Positions 50,001-63,629 of a stretch of DNA of 64,000 nt are shown one piece after another (position 1 is the first letter of the stretch; the number at the start of each line of letters is the position of its first letter). The position numbers were made by a program, and so were the translations under genes. This stretch comes from Pelomyxa schiedti. Lineage: Eukaryota; Protista; Evosea. The stretch spans positions 51,596 through 115,595 of the forward strand of contig JAHLWZ010000193.1 in assembly GCA_020536535.1 (NCBI GenBank), given 5' to 3'. The notes below the pieces were generated by a model. The model saw only the letters and a list, made by a program, of their open reading frames with translations, was not told the DNA's origin and searched no databases.

Positions 50001-53000
50001 GTGCCATGGAAGCTTTGGATAGTAGGCCCTATTTCATTCCCTGGTTAGAGGTCAAGGGAAAAAGTTCCTGTTCTCTTTCCAACATCTCCATTGTGACAGA
50101 ATATTTCCTGCTACAGTCTGGAAGTCTGAAGTTATCCAACTCCCACCTGGAAATTGCAGTTGATGGCAATTTTATTTCTACAGCAACCACTATTTCCGGT
50201 GACGGAATTATAGCTAACTATGGGACGGCAGTTTTCAATTCAGCCACTACCTTTTTCATGGATGTTACATTTCAAAATAATGGCACAGCCTTGATTCAGA
50301 AAGGTGATCTCCTTTTAAGAGGAGGTGGTTTCAACGCAGGCAATTTAACCATAAGTGTTGGCTGCCACATTCGAATCCGGCAGTTTTCTTTACTCAATTC
50401 TAGTTTTATCCAAGGAAAAGGTGAGGTGGCCCTAGAAAATGGGATATACAATATAGCAGGCATTTCACACTGCCCTGTTGTACTTGCTGGTGGCACAGTC
50501 AGTTGTCACAATACTTTTATTACTGAGAAACTCCAGTTGCTCTATGGCTCATTAGAATCTGGCTACTTACAAAGTCCCTGTGTTCAAATAGGGCCCTCGA
50601 ATAGTGATCTTCTTCTCTCTGCGGTGACAGTAACTGCACTGACTGAACTGAAGATCAAAAACGCAAGCGTCTTTGTTGACATATCTACTATAAACAATTA
50701 TGGACTCCTTTATTGGGAGATGGATCATGGACTCTGGAGCTCGGGAGTTTTAGTTAACTGGGGCACAATGTTGTGGAACAGCTCTTGGCCATTTAAGGTG
50801 AACATTGAGTCATACGGCTTTATATATGGCTATTTCAAAATGGACACCCGATCCGTTGTTATTCATTCTGGTATCATTGAAATTCACGACTCGATCACCG
50901 CAGATTCTCTTCAAGTCAAAAACGGTTCTTTTACAGGGAATGGCACTTGTCAATTTGCCTCTTTGTATGTCGCTCCAGAAGGATATATTTCTCCAGGGTT
51001 TCCTGGTCATCCCTTTGGGTTTTTTTCTTTCGGAAATTTCTTGGTTTTTGAAGGAACTTATACAATTCAAATTGGCGGAACTAGCAAGGGTGACTATGAT
51101 AGAATTTCCGCCACAGCATTTTTTGCTGGCGGATTGAGTGCGGAATTTCTACCGAACTTTATACCGGTTATTGGGGACAAGTTTGAAGTCGCTTATGGCA
51201 GTCTCAGTTACATTGACTATAATATTCCTGTTAAGTATTCTGGAATCGACCCACAGGCAGTAGTTGCTCATGCCAATGATACTAGTATAATTCTGGAAAT
51301 TATAGGTTCCCAATTTTTCCCTTTATAATGTTGTCTTAGTCAGTTAGGATGTACAGAAGGTTTTTACAACATTACCTCTTGCCGACCTTGCGGAACTGGG
51401 CATTATTATAAGAACTACTCTTGCTTTGATTGTCCTCTAGGAACATTCTCTAATACTACAATTGCATTTGAGTGTAACCTATGCCCATCTGGAACTTTTT
51501 CTAATTCCTCGGGAGCTTCTTTCTGTACACCCTGTTCTGACAATTCATATACTCTTGAAATAGGAGAAACGTATTGCTCTCCATGTCCGGAGGGTTATGA
51601 AAAAACCGGCAAGTTATAGTATTTACATGTGCTGTTACTAATGTATCTTAGGAAACGAAATTAATTGCACTGCCTGTCTTCCTGGCCAGAAAAACTCAAT
51701 TCCAGGAGGATACTGCAATGTTTGTCCGGCTGGTACTATCAGTAATTCTACAGGTGCCTCGGAGTGCTGGCCATGCCAGAGTGGAAGTACACCCAACGAC
51801 TTGCACACTCAGTGTTTAGAGATTAACTACTCCCTTTCTAGTTCTGGAACATCACCCCCAAGTATTTATACTTCTTCCTTAGAGCAGACATCCACGAAAT
51901 CTTCCAGTCTGTCACACAGCATCAGTGACAGCTCGGAATCAATTCCTCTGTCTTCACTCTTTTCTTCAAGTAAAAAACTCTCCTCTTCCTCGGATCCCAG
52001 TGAATCGTATTCGGTAGATCCAAGTTCAGTCTCCTTTACCTCTAGTGACCCATCCACGTCCTTATCTTCATCTTTACCGTTGTTGTCTACGTCATTATCA
52101 TATTCATCTTCACCGTTTGTATCTTCTTCATCTCCTGAAAGTTCCAGCAGTATAATACTGGAGAGTTCCTCGCAACTGAGTCTTCAACAATCCCCAGAAA
52201 GTACAATGACAAGTACTTTGTCGCAAAGTTCCTCGATTCCCTCTCTTTCTGTTTCCTTTTCATCACAAGATTTGGAAAGTCAGTCTTCTAGTCAATCTCC
52301 GGCAAGTTCCCGAGTTCCCTCCAGTTCGTTGCTCAGCTCAGAGTTCCTTTCCTCTTTAGTATCATCTGAAGTCATTCTAAGCGGCAGTGAGCCCAACCTT
52401 ATTTCAACTGCTTCATCCAGTGGTAGTTCATCGTCCTCTGATGGTGAGTTTCCTTCTCTTTAGGCTAACATTTACACTCGAAAATAGACAACAATCTGGT
52501 TTGGATTTCTGTTGTACTTCTTGCTCTTCCAGGGTTATTATTAATTGCGATACTCTGCAAACGACGAAAGAGCAAAAAGCCAACAGTGCTCTTTGGGAAT
52601 CCCAATCAACCTTTGACATCTCCGGTCGCCGGTGAGGAGAATGAAATGCCTACATTACAACAGGCTTCCCTCGACCCTTCCACTGACGGTACCACCTTCC
52701 CATCAGCGATTTGTGGGGCTTTTACCAGTCCCCCAATCCCTCTCAGAGATTTATCAGGGGCATCCAAACCAGATTTACCAAGTGAACCAGATGACACCCT
52801 GCCTACAACTATGCCCCAGTATATCTATGATGCAATGCTATCTTCATTGAGGCATCTTTCGGAGCCGCAAAACAGAGAGATCAATACCACTCAGGTTACT
52901 TCCGACTATCTAACATCTCCTTTGAGTTAATTTTAGGCAGATTCCCGAAATGCAGAAAGTAGTTTCGAGCATGCCGGATGACACACAGTGCAAGCCACTC

Positions 53001-53258
53001 GGTGATCTACAAAAGAAATCACAGAGTGAGCTGGAGAACGAGTACCAAAAGAAATTGCAACGAGCCAAGGCGGAAAAACGATCAGCACAACTGGCTAGAC
53101 AAATGTATGAAGAAAAGGCTCGGGAGCTTCAGGAATACATGGATAAAATGGAGCAAGACAGACTTAACGACAGAATTACTACGACACGGGAAGACAAATC
53201 TGGAGTAAATGGCGGCTCCAGGGTATCTTTCTCCCAACCACCACATCTCTGGATCTAA
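47017..53258 (+). CDS. Large type-I membrane adhesin-like protein: signal peptide, beta-helix repeats, Cys-rich (GCC2/GCC3, ephrin-receptor-like) repeats, Ser-rich stalk, TM, cytoplasmic coiled coil
   Basis: MGLSLTVVSLCAVLVHA; W..SSNW.GNAVP.PGDDV; recurring xNxGT beta-helix repeats; CPLGTFS, CPSGTFS, CPAGT repeats; Ser-rich tract; TM IWFGFLLYFLLFQGYY. Confidence 0.75.
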
Positions 53259-53424
53259 CACCCTCAAAGGTTGTTCACCACCTCGGCACTGGGCTTGTGC
53301 CCTTTGTCATCCCATTATCTCGGTCGGGACGCCCATCAGGATACCTGCTGTAGTAATACCTGGTATCATGAACGAGCAATTTGAAAATATTTTCCATTTT
53401 TGGGTTTTGTGGAGAAAAAGAGCT

Positions 53425-55875
53425 TTATTCGTTTTTGTCGTTTATCACAGTCACAAGGTTACTAGACAACATATCACAGTTCATCAAATTGGCGTAGCCC
53501 GGCACTGTGTTTGCAAAATACATAGCAAGAAGTGCAAATGCTTGGTCCGACGCTTGTGTGGAAAAACTGGCTGCAGTTGACTCCAATGCTGCTGTGGGCA
53601 CAGATTGAGTATCAGTGACAAACAGCCGAAGCGACACTACGCCAGTTTCGTTGACATCTTCATTGTCTGATGATTTGGGAGTCAGTCACTCTTGAACAAC
53701 AGATGAGCAAAATTGTTTACCAGAGGCGAAATATTTGGATTCCAGGTGATCCACGTTTGGGAGGCATTTCATCAGTGTTTGTATGTGAACGAAAATCATC
53801 AACCACTGCTGTTCTCTCATTTCAACCTTGATCCATCGTACAACTTGGTAGGCTGAGAATGTGGGAGAGAGTGTTACGTAGCATACATGTAACGTTGTCC
53901 TGGTTTTCCATGTGGGGTGTCCTGTGAAGTTGAGGGGGACTATCTGTCGATAGACCTTTGTTTGTTGGGTGAGGTTCTATCTCTTGGGTCTGCAAGCGTG
54001 CGTGAAGCTTTTTTATTTCATTGTCGAGGAGGCTGAAATTTCTTGCTACTTTGTCAGGTGAAGACACAACCTGGCCTATGGCAGGAATTGATGGTGGTGG
54101 AGATATGTGCTGTCTAGATGTCTGTTTACTGGTTTCAGTGCATGCACGCTTGGGTGCTGGTTTGCTAGCTACAGCAGGTTTTATTACTATTGTAAGGCTA
54201 TATCACATTGTACGTTTTTTCCGGGCCCTGAGAACAAAGGTCGGAGAGACAACAAAGAGCTTGGGTGCTAGACGGTACTCCATCACAAGGGTAGATTTGA
54301 GGTGATCCCTGTAAAAATCATTAGAACGTATAGTGGGGAAAAAATAAATGATACCTTGAACTTGAGCAGTTGCTCTTCAGGGTAAACTGATATTGCTCTG
54401 TTTTGCCATCCGAAGAAAGCATCTTTGGGAGAACCCCTGTTACAGCTACAACACTTTTGGAGGGGCAGCAGATGTTGCAAACGGTTGGTTCTAAATCTGT
54501 TTTAGTGCAGATTTTTTTTGGTTCTTTTAACCTTGGCTGTTTCCAATTCGCCGACATTGAGCACCTAGGCCAGAATTTCTGATTTCTTGTTCCGTTATGT
54601 TCATCATTTTCCGGTATTCTGTTGCTATGTCTAATTGCATCTGTAGGGAATAAGAAGCAAATAAAATACGACGATAAGTACCCAATAGGAGCCATATTTG
54701 TATATTTTCGTTGATGAAAGTGTAAGAGATGCTTTGCACTCGGACATAGGTATAACAGGATATTCATAGGCATCATATATTCCAAGGAGAGCTTCTTGTA
54801 GCCCACAGGGAGATTCAGTACCAGGGGGAATGGCAAAGTGGGGAGTTAATGGAGCATTGACGTGCACAAGTTTGTTTTTCATAGAATTTGCTCTTGATGC
54901 TCTATCGTCCCTCCGTGGACTTGAACCAGAACCAGAAGCAGTGGTGTTCTCTGTGCCTTGTCTGTCGGCAGCCTCCAACAGATGAGGTCTTGTTGACAAC
55001 AAAGTGTTTAGCATTCCATCACAAGAAACAGAGCCATGTAAAGCCGTTGTGCCGCACACCAATCCCCCCTCCGCCACGGCCAGGCACTCCCCAGACGACC
55101 GCGATCGGGGAATCCTGGCCACAAGGGCGCCCCCACCTCCGTCGTCGCTGCCCATAAGCTGCGACGACAGCGACGGCATCGACACGGAGCCCTTGACGCT
55201 CGTGTAGGCCGCCGCACTCGCACTCGCGCCTCCCCCCGTGCACACGCTTGCATTTGCACTAGCATTTGCGTCTGCTGGCACCAGGGGCGGGGTCAAGGAG
55301 CGCAGGTAGTCTTCCAGGCGGGGCAGCCCGCGCGGCGGGGGGGACGGCGACCGGTACGTAGGGGTGTCGCCGGGGGACCACGATGGTGGCGATGTAGAAG
55401 GGCACGCGGAGGCGGGGCAGGAGAGGGGCGTGGTGCGAGGGACGGCGTGGTGCGCCGAGTCGTGCGGGAGGGGCACCCCCACGGCAGCCGAATCGAGGTT
55501 AAGCATCGCCAGAAGAGAAGACGGCGACAAGGGGTCGCCAGAGGTGGGGACCGAGGGCGAGGTGGCGAGGCCGGGTGAAGGGGGCGGGGGGAAGGGGAAC
55601 CGAGGAGACGGGGGCCGGTGGCGCCGCGAGGAGGTGGGGGAGGTGACGCGGAGTGTGGTGGGCGATGACGACGGCGACGTCGAAGGAGAAGTAGGGAGGG
55701 AGGAGGGGGTGCTCCCAGTGGACGCCGACGCCGAGAGGGACGAGGACGAGGAGGACGACGTAAGGAAACCGGTGGGGGAGGGTGACCGCGAGCGCGAGGA
55801 GAATGGCTGCGGCGTCTGCGGTGATTGGAGGGAGTGCGAGAACGAACCGCCGTACCGAGGCAACCGTTCCGTCAT
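53425..55875 (-). CDS. CudA-like transcription factor (Amoebozoa-type DNA-binding core) with disordered termini, spliced
   Basis: Core KLVHVNAPL...VCNICCP...YQFTLKSNCSSSRDHLKSTLVMEY...FVLRARKK. The CxxC and CSSSRDHL motifs resemble the CudA family as I recall it; not verified by search. Confidence 0.5.
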
Positions 55876-56153
55876 CCGATGTATTGGTGTTTATTTGTTT
55901 TCTTTCCGATTTTGTCGGTTCCTTCTTTCTTGGAACTGTGCGGCAGAGTTCTTTTTTGTGGAACTCTTTGGGCTTTTTCCTGCCCATATCTGGTAACCTT
56001 CATTTCACCTTCCAGGTTCCGGGGTTCTGTCTTCACGTGAATTGTGTGGACGCTCTGAATTCAAACCGCGTTTCGTCGTGGTCACCGGGGGACCCCAATC
56101 TGGCAATGATCGAAATCTCTTGAGTTTTTTTAGAAAATACAATACAGAAGGGT

Positions 56154-59100
56154 CTATGGTAGGGTGATTGTTGGAACAGGAGGGGTGGGAGAGGGGATAG
56201 CAGGGGGCGTGAATGTTGGGGGTGCAATGTTGTCAGGGGGTGGCGGTGGAATCGGGAGTGTCGAGGTAATGGTAATGGAATCCTGTGTGGCGCTTGGTGT
56301 GGAATGAGTGGAGTCTGGTGGTGTGGTGTCGGTGGTATTTGGTACTGCAGTGGCAGGCTGTTGCGTTGGGGAACTGGAGTCTAAGGGGTTGGAGCAGGAA
56401 TTGACGAGGGGAGTGCTGGTCAGGGATGTGGAAATGGATGTCTCTATGTTACATTGTGTTGTCTGGATATCAGTTGGAATAGGGGATGTCAGTGCCGGTG
56501 GTGCCGCTTCTGGTTCCGTGACCGTTGCCGTTGCCGTTGCTGTTGCTGTTGCTGTTGCTGTTGCAGGGATGGGGCTGGGACGTGGTGATGAGTTGTGTTC
56601 AGAGGCAACTATATTGTTACTCTCGGAAATGGCAATGGTGTCATTCGATATTGGCGGTGTGATGCTTGTTTCCATGCATGATAGAGGGGATTTTTGAGGG
56701 GCAGTTGCTTTTGGAGGTGTGGTTAAGTTAGGCAAAGAGGAAGAGGTTGTTAGCTCCGAGTTCTGGGGGGTTGTGGAATTTGGGAGAGGCAGATTCGGCA
56801 GCGATACAGAATTTGTTAGACTGGATGGGTTCATCTTGGCCACTGCTTTAAGTATAGTGTCCTGATGAGTGGTATCCGTTATTCCAAGTACCTCCATATC
56901 AATAGGTTGGATGGAGCTAATGCTGGTCATGTCGAAGAACCTTTGAAACGGTAAGGAAGCAGGAAATTTTAGTATTGGTACCCATTTTCCAGAAAAGTGG
57001 ACTGATACTGTGGTAGTCCCAGACCATCCAACCAAGTTTTAACGACATTGGATGGACAGTTGGTTATTTGTGCTGTTGCGGAACAAGAAAGAGAAAAGAG
57101 GGAAAAAACAGAAATAAAACGTTAGGAGGCGAAGAGGGTGTCTCTAGTTTAGACACGGCGATTATTATTCAAGACAGGATGCGGAACATGCATGGGGGTG
57201 CCCTGATTTCTTTACGGTATGTAGCATGCTCAGGTGCCAACTTGAATATGAGTGCCTGAATATCATCCATAAAATCGTCAGAGAGGTCTTCTATATCACC
57301 CTCTGTCATCAAGTCTGCAAGTCGTACAAATCTCCAGTGATTTGGGAAGAGAGTAAATAATCTCTGCAAACTAATAAGTACGTCACTTATGAATGTTCAT
57401 TCTTTCACTTGTGCCACTTCGACGGGGGTTCTAGGGTCTTTCTCACTGTGTACCATTAGCACGGGGCACTTGACTTTAGGAGCACTCTTAGTGTTATCAA
57501 AAATATCTCCAGAGAAAGGTCTGAAGTGCTGCTTTTGAAGGCTTTTAATGACACCCTGGGGAATGTTAAAAATGAACACACATGAGAGGGGGGACACAAG
57601 TAGTATGACGGCAGCAGCGGAGGTTTTTCGAGGAGGACCTGGGTCACTACCTGTCCTAAATAAAAGAAGAGAGTGCCTTTTCTTCGGTTGTATCGGTTCG
57701 TCTTGCAGCGTACTAGCAAGGTGCAGTGCAGGCGCCGTTCCCAAACCACATCCCATTCTATTATACCAGAGATATTAGTGTGAGAAAGTGTAATATAACA
57801 TGCATTATGATTCTCTCAGAAGGTATATTGTGTTCGGTGAATAGATAGTCATAGGCAGAACGTGCATCTGCATACCACTGCTGCTCTATGGCATTGGTTG
57901 GTTCAACAAATGAACTATTTGTATATGCACAACAGAGGACATCAGCCTATGAAAATGTGAACATGTGCAGGAAATTTTTTGTTGTTTCGGTATACATGAG
58001 TCATCTGTGAGAGCAATTTCATCCAACTCATCTGTGATTTGAGGGTTTGACCAATATCGACGAAATAAAGTATAGTGAAGTATGCTGGTGTTTGTTCTTC
58101 AGCTTCTTTCTAAGAATGTATAATTTTGTCAAAAAAAAAAAAAAAAGGGTGAAATCTTGGATGTGAACCTCAAAATACTTATACAAACAAACATCAACGC
58201 CTTTCACAGTGTGATCAAAGGTCATATAAGGTAGAATCTTTTCATTTTCTGACTCTGATTTTGGGTCACTGCCAAATAGACTACACCCAGTCTGAACTTG
58301 TGGAGTGTTCTCTGTCAGAGGTTTTGTATTTTTTCCTGTGGGGTTGTCTTCTGCAGGACTTGGGCAAGGGCTTGGAGTCAGATTGCATGTGCTCTGCGGT
58401 GCCTGTACAGGTTTTTCTGTTGTCTGCTCTACAATAGGATCTGCAGAGATTTGCAAGGGCCTTGGAGGTGGGTGAAGAGGAGGAGGGTAGGACATAATAA
58501 ACGCTGAGGAAGGATTCTGTTTCAGGAAGGAAGCTTCACTCCGAGAGTGCTGGTGAGAACGCTTTGGTGTACTTTCCACCTTGAGTGGTGTGCTTTGAAC
58601 ACCAGCACTCGTTGGCAGTGTGGCGCCACTGCTACCTGACAGAGTAGGAGAAGGCGAAGGCGTTGGCGCCTCATGTGCCGGAACAGGAGGCATGATAGCC
58701 ATAGTACCCAAAACCTGGTCCACTTGCCCAATACTCAGAACGGTCGGGCTTCCGTTTCCACCAACAGTGGCAATAAACACCAGCGGTGGCGGCGGAGGAG
58801 GCAGCAAGTCAACAGCAAGAGTTGGAACCACGACCGGCCTGTTTCCCCCCACCATCTCGTGATCATCCGCACACCCCTTCCCCACGGCCTCCCCCGACGT
58901 AGATACCAGCATCTCTGCAGTATCCCTCGGCGGCTTCGGCTCTGTCACGTGTGCCAGCTCAGCCGGAACCGGGGCCAGGGTAGTAGGCGACCCCCGGTGC
59001 AGCAGGCGCTCCAGCTCCGCCACGGCAGGGAGGGCCCCGTACAGAGGGGGCGGGGGTGGCGGCGGCATGTCCATCGGCAGCGCCTCGGGTACGGGAAACG

Positions 59101-59404
59101 CTGCGGAATTGGCATCGCTGGAGCCGGGCACCGCCGAGTCCAGAGAGGAGGCACGGGGCCGGGGCCGCGGGGGGGCCACAGACACAGACTGCACTGTGAG
59201 TGGAGGAGAAACAGTTGCGAAGGCAGTAGGAGGAGGAAGAGGAGGCTGGGAGCCGGACGTGTCGGCGGAGCAGGAGGATCGTGCGAGGGCTTCGGCAGTG
59301 GGATCGGACGCGGGCACAGCGCAACACAAGGCCCCTCCAGAGAACTGATTCAGAGGCGTAGCGACGAGACCTCCCCCACCAACACCACATGTTGCCGCCA
59401 TCAT
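56154..59404 (-). CDS. ABHD17-like alpha/beta-hydrolase (degenerate active site) + SAM domain, multi-exon
   Basis: YADARSAYDYL...ERIIIMGCGLGTAPALHLAS; DIFDN...KVKCPVLMVHSEKD; SAM VKTWLDGLGLPQYQSTFLENG...DMEVLGIT..HQDTILKAV. Confidence 0.8.
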
Positions 59405-59533
59405 CACCAACATTGGGGGAGGGAGAAAAAAAATTGGTCCGTGGAATGTGCACGAAAAGCACAGTGCGATTTCGCCGTTCGAAGGGCATCAACACAGATC
59501 CTCACGAACGCAGATCTCGAGGGAGCGCGCCGA

Positions 59534-62500
59534 ATGAACACCACAAACACAACAGCCGCTACGCCCACAGCAGTAGCAGCAGACGGCGGCGTGCACCCAA
59601 CCGGAAGCGGGGCCTCAGCGGCGCCGGAGGAGTGCGGGTCGTGTGGGCAGCGGTTCACGCTGGCCAGGTGGCGGCACCGCTGCGGAGCGTGTGGGGCGCA
59701 CGTGTGCCGGGACTGCTCCTCGCATCGGGTGCCCCTGCCCAAGCCCAAGGCGGCCAATGGGGCGGGAGACGGCGTCCTGGGCCCTAGTGGTAATTTGCGT
59801 TTGTTGTTGTACTCGATGAGACGAGTAGATAATCGTTGGGTGTAGGTGGGGCACAGGAATTGCAGAGAGTGTGCTTGGCTTGCTACAACGTGTACTACAC
59901 CATTTCTGCTGATGAGGCTAGTGTGCACTCCCATAATTTATTTTGTGATAAAATCCTCACTTTGTGTGGCTTCCTTCATATGAACAGGGTTAGTGGAAAT
60001 AACTGCGGGAAATTGCACTCCAAATTATCGTGGGTTGGTGGTGCTCTACGAACAGGGAAGGAAATGTGCCCCAATAATGGTGGTGGGCAAATACAGACTG
60101 TTCTTTTTTAAGCGACCCCTCCCTGGTGCCAAAAAGACAAAACTTGAGGTTTCCTTCACTACTTTACTGTGTATTAACAAATTTAATAGCCTCTAACAAA
60201 CTTTCATTTGTACAATTTGATGGAATTATCACGTGTTGGACACTCACTTGAGGCAATTCCACATTTTAACAGATTCAATCTCATTTTTTCCCTTAACCAG
60301 CGGTTACTGATAGTCTTTTGTGAAGCAAAAAGCCAAAAAAGACTGGTTATTGCAAGCCCTGAGGTGATTGGGGAACACCAATGAATTTCTCAAACATTGT
60401 GCAGATCCCAAGAATTGTCTTTCACATTAGAAAAGCGTATCGATGCATAATGCCTCAAGGCATTCCAGATGAACGAACTCTTCTTAGAGTTGACCTCCCT
60501 CAAGAAATGTATCGTTTTGATAACCATTTTCCCTGACTTGATTTAGGTTAATTCCGATTGAGCCTTTGGGTATTTTCTTCACCACTCTCAATTGTGATTT
60601 ATCAAAAGATGGACTGCTGATATTTATTAGGCCTTGCTAAAGCTGGTGGGTTTTCTGAAACCTACAAAGCACAGTGCGATTTTCTTGGGGTTCCAATATC
60701 TCCTGAAGTTTTGTCATGTCTCTCAATTCTTTGTCGGGTATATCTGAAGTTAGAGTAGATGTGGAAGACACTGATAAAAGACAAAATCCTTCAGAATTTA
60801 ACTTCAATGATATCCCAGGTGATTACCCTCTTTTCCCATTTTATCTTTAATGCGGCAAGGATTTGAGCAAAACTCAAAACTTTCTTGGGATATTCTTCCC
60901 GTGGGAACAGCCCTCTTTCACAATCCGTTTTTCCAATCACTTACAGTTTCTTTTGTACAAAGAAAGGTTCAACATTATTGAGGGTTTACTCATTGGGTGA
61001 GTATTGCAGATCTTACTCAAGTTAGGATATTATTCCCATGATATCTGGGATCTTCACCTTCAACAAGACAATAACAAAACTTGTTATCAATAATATCAGT
61101 GCTGGGATCAGGGCTATTGCTGATCTCATGCACTGTTTAGCAAAAAATCAACAAAATATCATTCAGGTGATTGATTTTTCTGGTTTGTGGTCCTATGAAA
61201 TTTGATAATATTGACTATGAACCAGGTTCTCCACTTTCTGTGGAAATTGTTGACAAGATTGCTTTTACTCTAACCACCTTTAATCATGGACTACTCGGCC
61301 TCTATTTAGCAAATTGCAGGTATTTCTTTGAAGCAACTAAAGTTTTACTCTCACTAGAATGCAAGACAAGCAAGTCATCACACTTATCCGAAATGGATTG
61401 ATGAAAAACATAGCAGCCTCTTCTGCAATTGAGGACTTCGACCTTGCATTTAATAGCTTGGATATTGGAAGCTCCCAGATACTTAAAGAATGGATGACCC
61501 AAATGGTTGAGAATGAAGTCTATCTGAAATACTTATCTTAAATAGAAAGGTCATTCACATCTACAGCGAATAAATTTGAGTGGTTGTCAAATGCCTATCG
61601 GTCCTTTTATGCTTGCTGTTGGAACCCTACCCAGCTTGCATTTACTTGATCTCTCATACAACAAATTCGACTTACCTTCCTGCCAGTGTCTGCTTTCAAC
61701 TATCCCTGTCATATCAAGTACCACATTTTGTGAGATGAAACTTTCACATTGCTGCTTCCCTCCTTCTCTGTGCATTGACCTTTCCACCTCTCTCCTACGG
61801 AAGGCTATCAGTCCGGAAAGTATTACGTACCTTGATATCAGTAGCAATTTCGTTGATGATCAAGCATTAGACACCTTTGCATCTGTAAAACTTTCCAATT
61901 TTCGGGATCAATTTAACACCCCTCTTCAAGTTTTTAGACACCAGTGAAACTCATACTTTCAAATTGGACTTATCAGACCACCAATTTAGTGAAAACTCCC
62001 TCATACATCTCATCACTTCCTTACGGAAAAATGGGAAGGTTCAAAAGTTGTCATTGAATTCTATGAGCACAAAGGTTAATTGAACCGAATTGCCTTCGGT
62101 CTAATTTAAGAACAGTTTACTCAAAACGGCGAGGGTCACATTGTTGAGGCCCTGCAAGACCTTGTTGATAACTCCACAGAATTATTTTGCCTCTCTTTGG
62201 CCGGGTACGTAACTTATTCCTTTCAAACTGGAAACATTAATCCATTTCGTAGTGGCTGGAGTTCAAGTGTCTTGGGATTATTTCTCGAAAATTTATCAAC
62301 TAATACCCGCCTCAGAGAGGTAATTGGTTTTTACTTGGAGCTTCTCTCACTTCAGGACTTAAGCTTGATGTTTCACATAACAATCTTGGTCTCTTTGGTG
62401 GTGGCAGATCCCTTGGCCACTGCCTAAGATTTAATAGTTCCCTATTATATCTTTGTGCTGATTGTGTTCATTTACCCACTTCCACATGGCATTCAATAGC

Positions 62501-63591
62501 TTGTGGTATACTATAATAATGTGACCCACCTTTTCGTAATTCGTCATTTAGATATACAGTCCAACACCGTTCTTCAGTATTTTCCGTTTCCTTGGCACGA
62601 TTTCAATGAGTGTGCTTCCACCTGTACTCCAAGGTAATCCATTCATTACTCCCCCCAATGAACAATCACAAAAAACAAGGCAACTGGACCAGTTTAGAAT
62701 ACATCTGCTTGAAATTCAATCTTCATGCCTTCGAAACAGGAATATGGCAAAGCAGACAAGACAACCTCTTTGGCAATCACAACTACGCCATCTACCCTTC
62801 CGGCTTCCAACTCCAACTAACTATGTGGCATCTCTCGTACATTTCGAGTAGATCTGAAAACTCCTTGTATTAACTTACTCTATCATAAGGGAATCACTAG
62901 CTTCCACTTCAGAACCCAGAGAATTACCTCAAAATGACACCGCACCGATGGCAGATATTAAACCTGAACAGGTCCCAGGTAACTCCTTTTTACAATAAAA
63001 CCCAACACAAACCCCTAAACATCTACAGAAAATCCCTCTCCCCCCAAGCTTCCCGACAGGCCCCCACCACAACAGCCCAGCACCACACCACCTACCACCA
63101 CAACCACAACCACTACCACAACAACTTCATCCACTCACACAGCACCCATCCCTGCACAACCACTTGCACCTCCGCCTCCTCCACGAGATTCCAAACCAGA
63201 TACACCAAGTCCACACACAGAATCTGTTCTGGAAGCTCCTGCATTATCTGTGGCTGCACCCCCTCCACCCCCACCTCCTCCAGCACTGCCACCCAGGCCA
63301 TCTGGTGCTAGGGGAACACTACTTTCTGATATACGGGGATTTACACTGACGAGCCTCAAGAAGACTGAGGATATTGTACTGGGAGGGGACCTCACTGAAT
63401 CCCTGGATGGGGAGGATGATAACGAGGATGACTGTGCCACAATGCAGGCACTGTCAAAAACAAGGGAGGTGGCATTGAAGCAGGCCAAGCACGCTGCAGG
63501 GCCTAACTCCCATCAACCACAGAACATGGGTGCGCTCCTCACAAAGGTCTTGGCCAAAAGAAGAGCCTACATAGAAGACGACTCAGAATAA
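59534..63591 (+). CDS. FYVE + PH-like + CARMIL-type LRR + polyproline + WH2 + C/acidic-tail protein, multi-exon
   Basis: FYVE CGSCGQRFTLARWRHRCGACGAHVCRDCS...RVCLAC; IMVVGKYRLFFF (CARMIL PH-like); LRRs LDLSYNKF, LDISSNFV, LDVSHNNLG; PPPPPPPP; RGTLLSDIRGFTLTSLKKT; GALLTKVLAKRRAYIEDDSE*. Confidence 0.8.
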
Positions 63592-63629
63592 CAAAATCGC
63601 TCCACCATCACAACAACAATAATTTGCCT

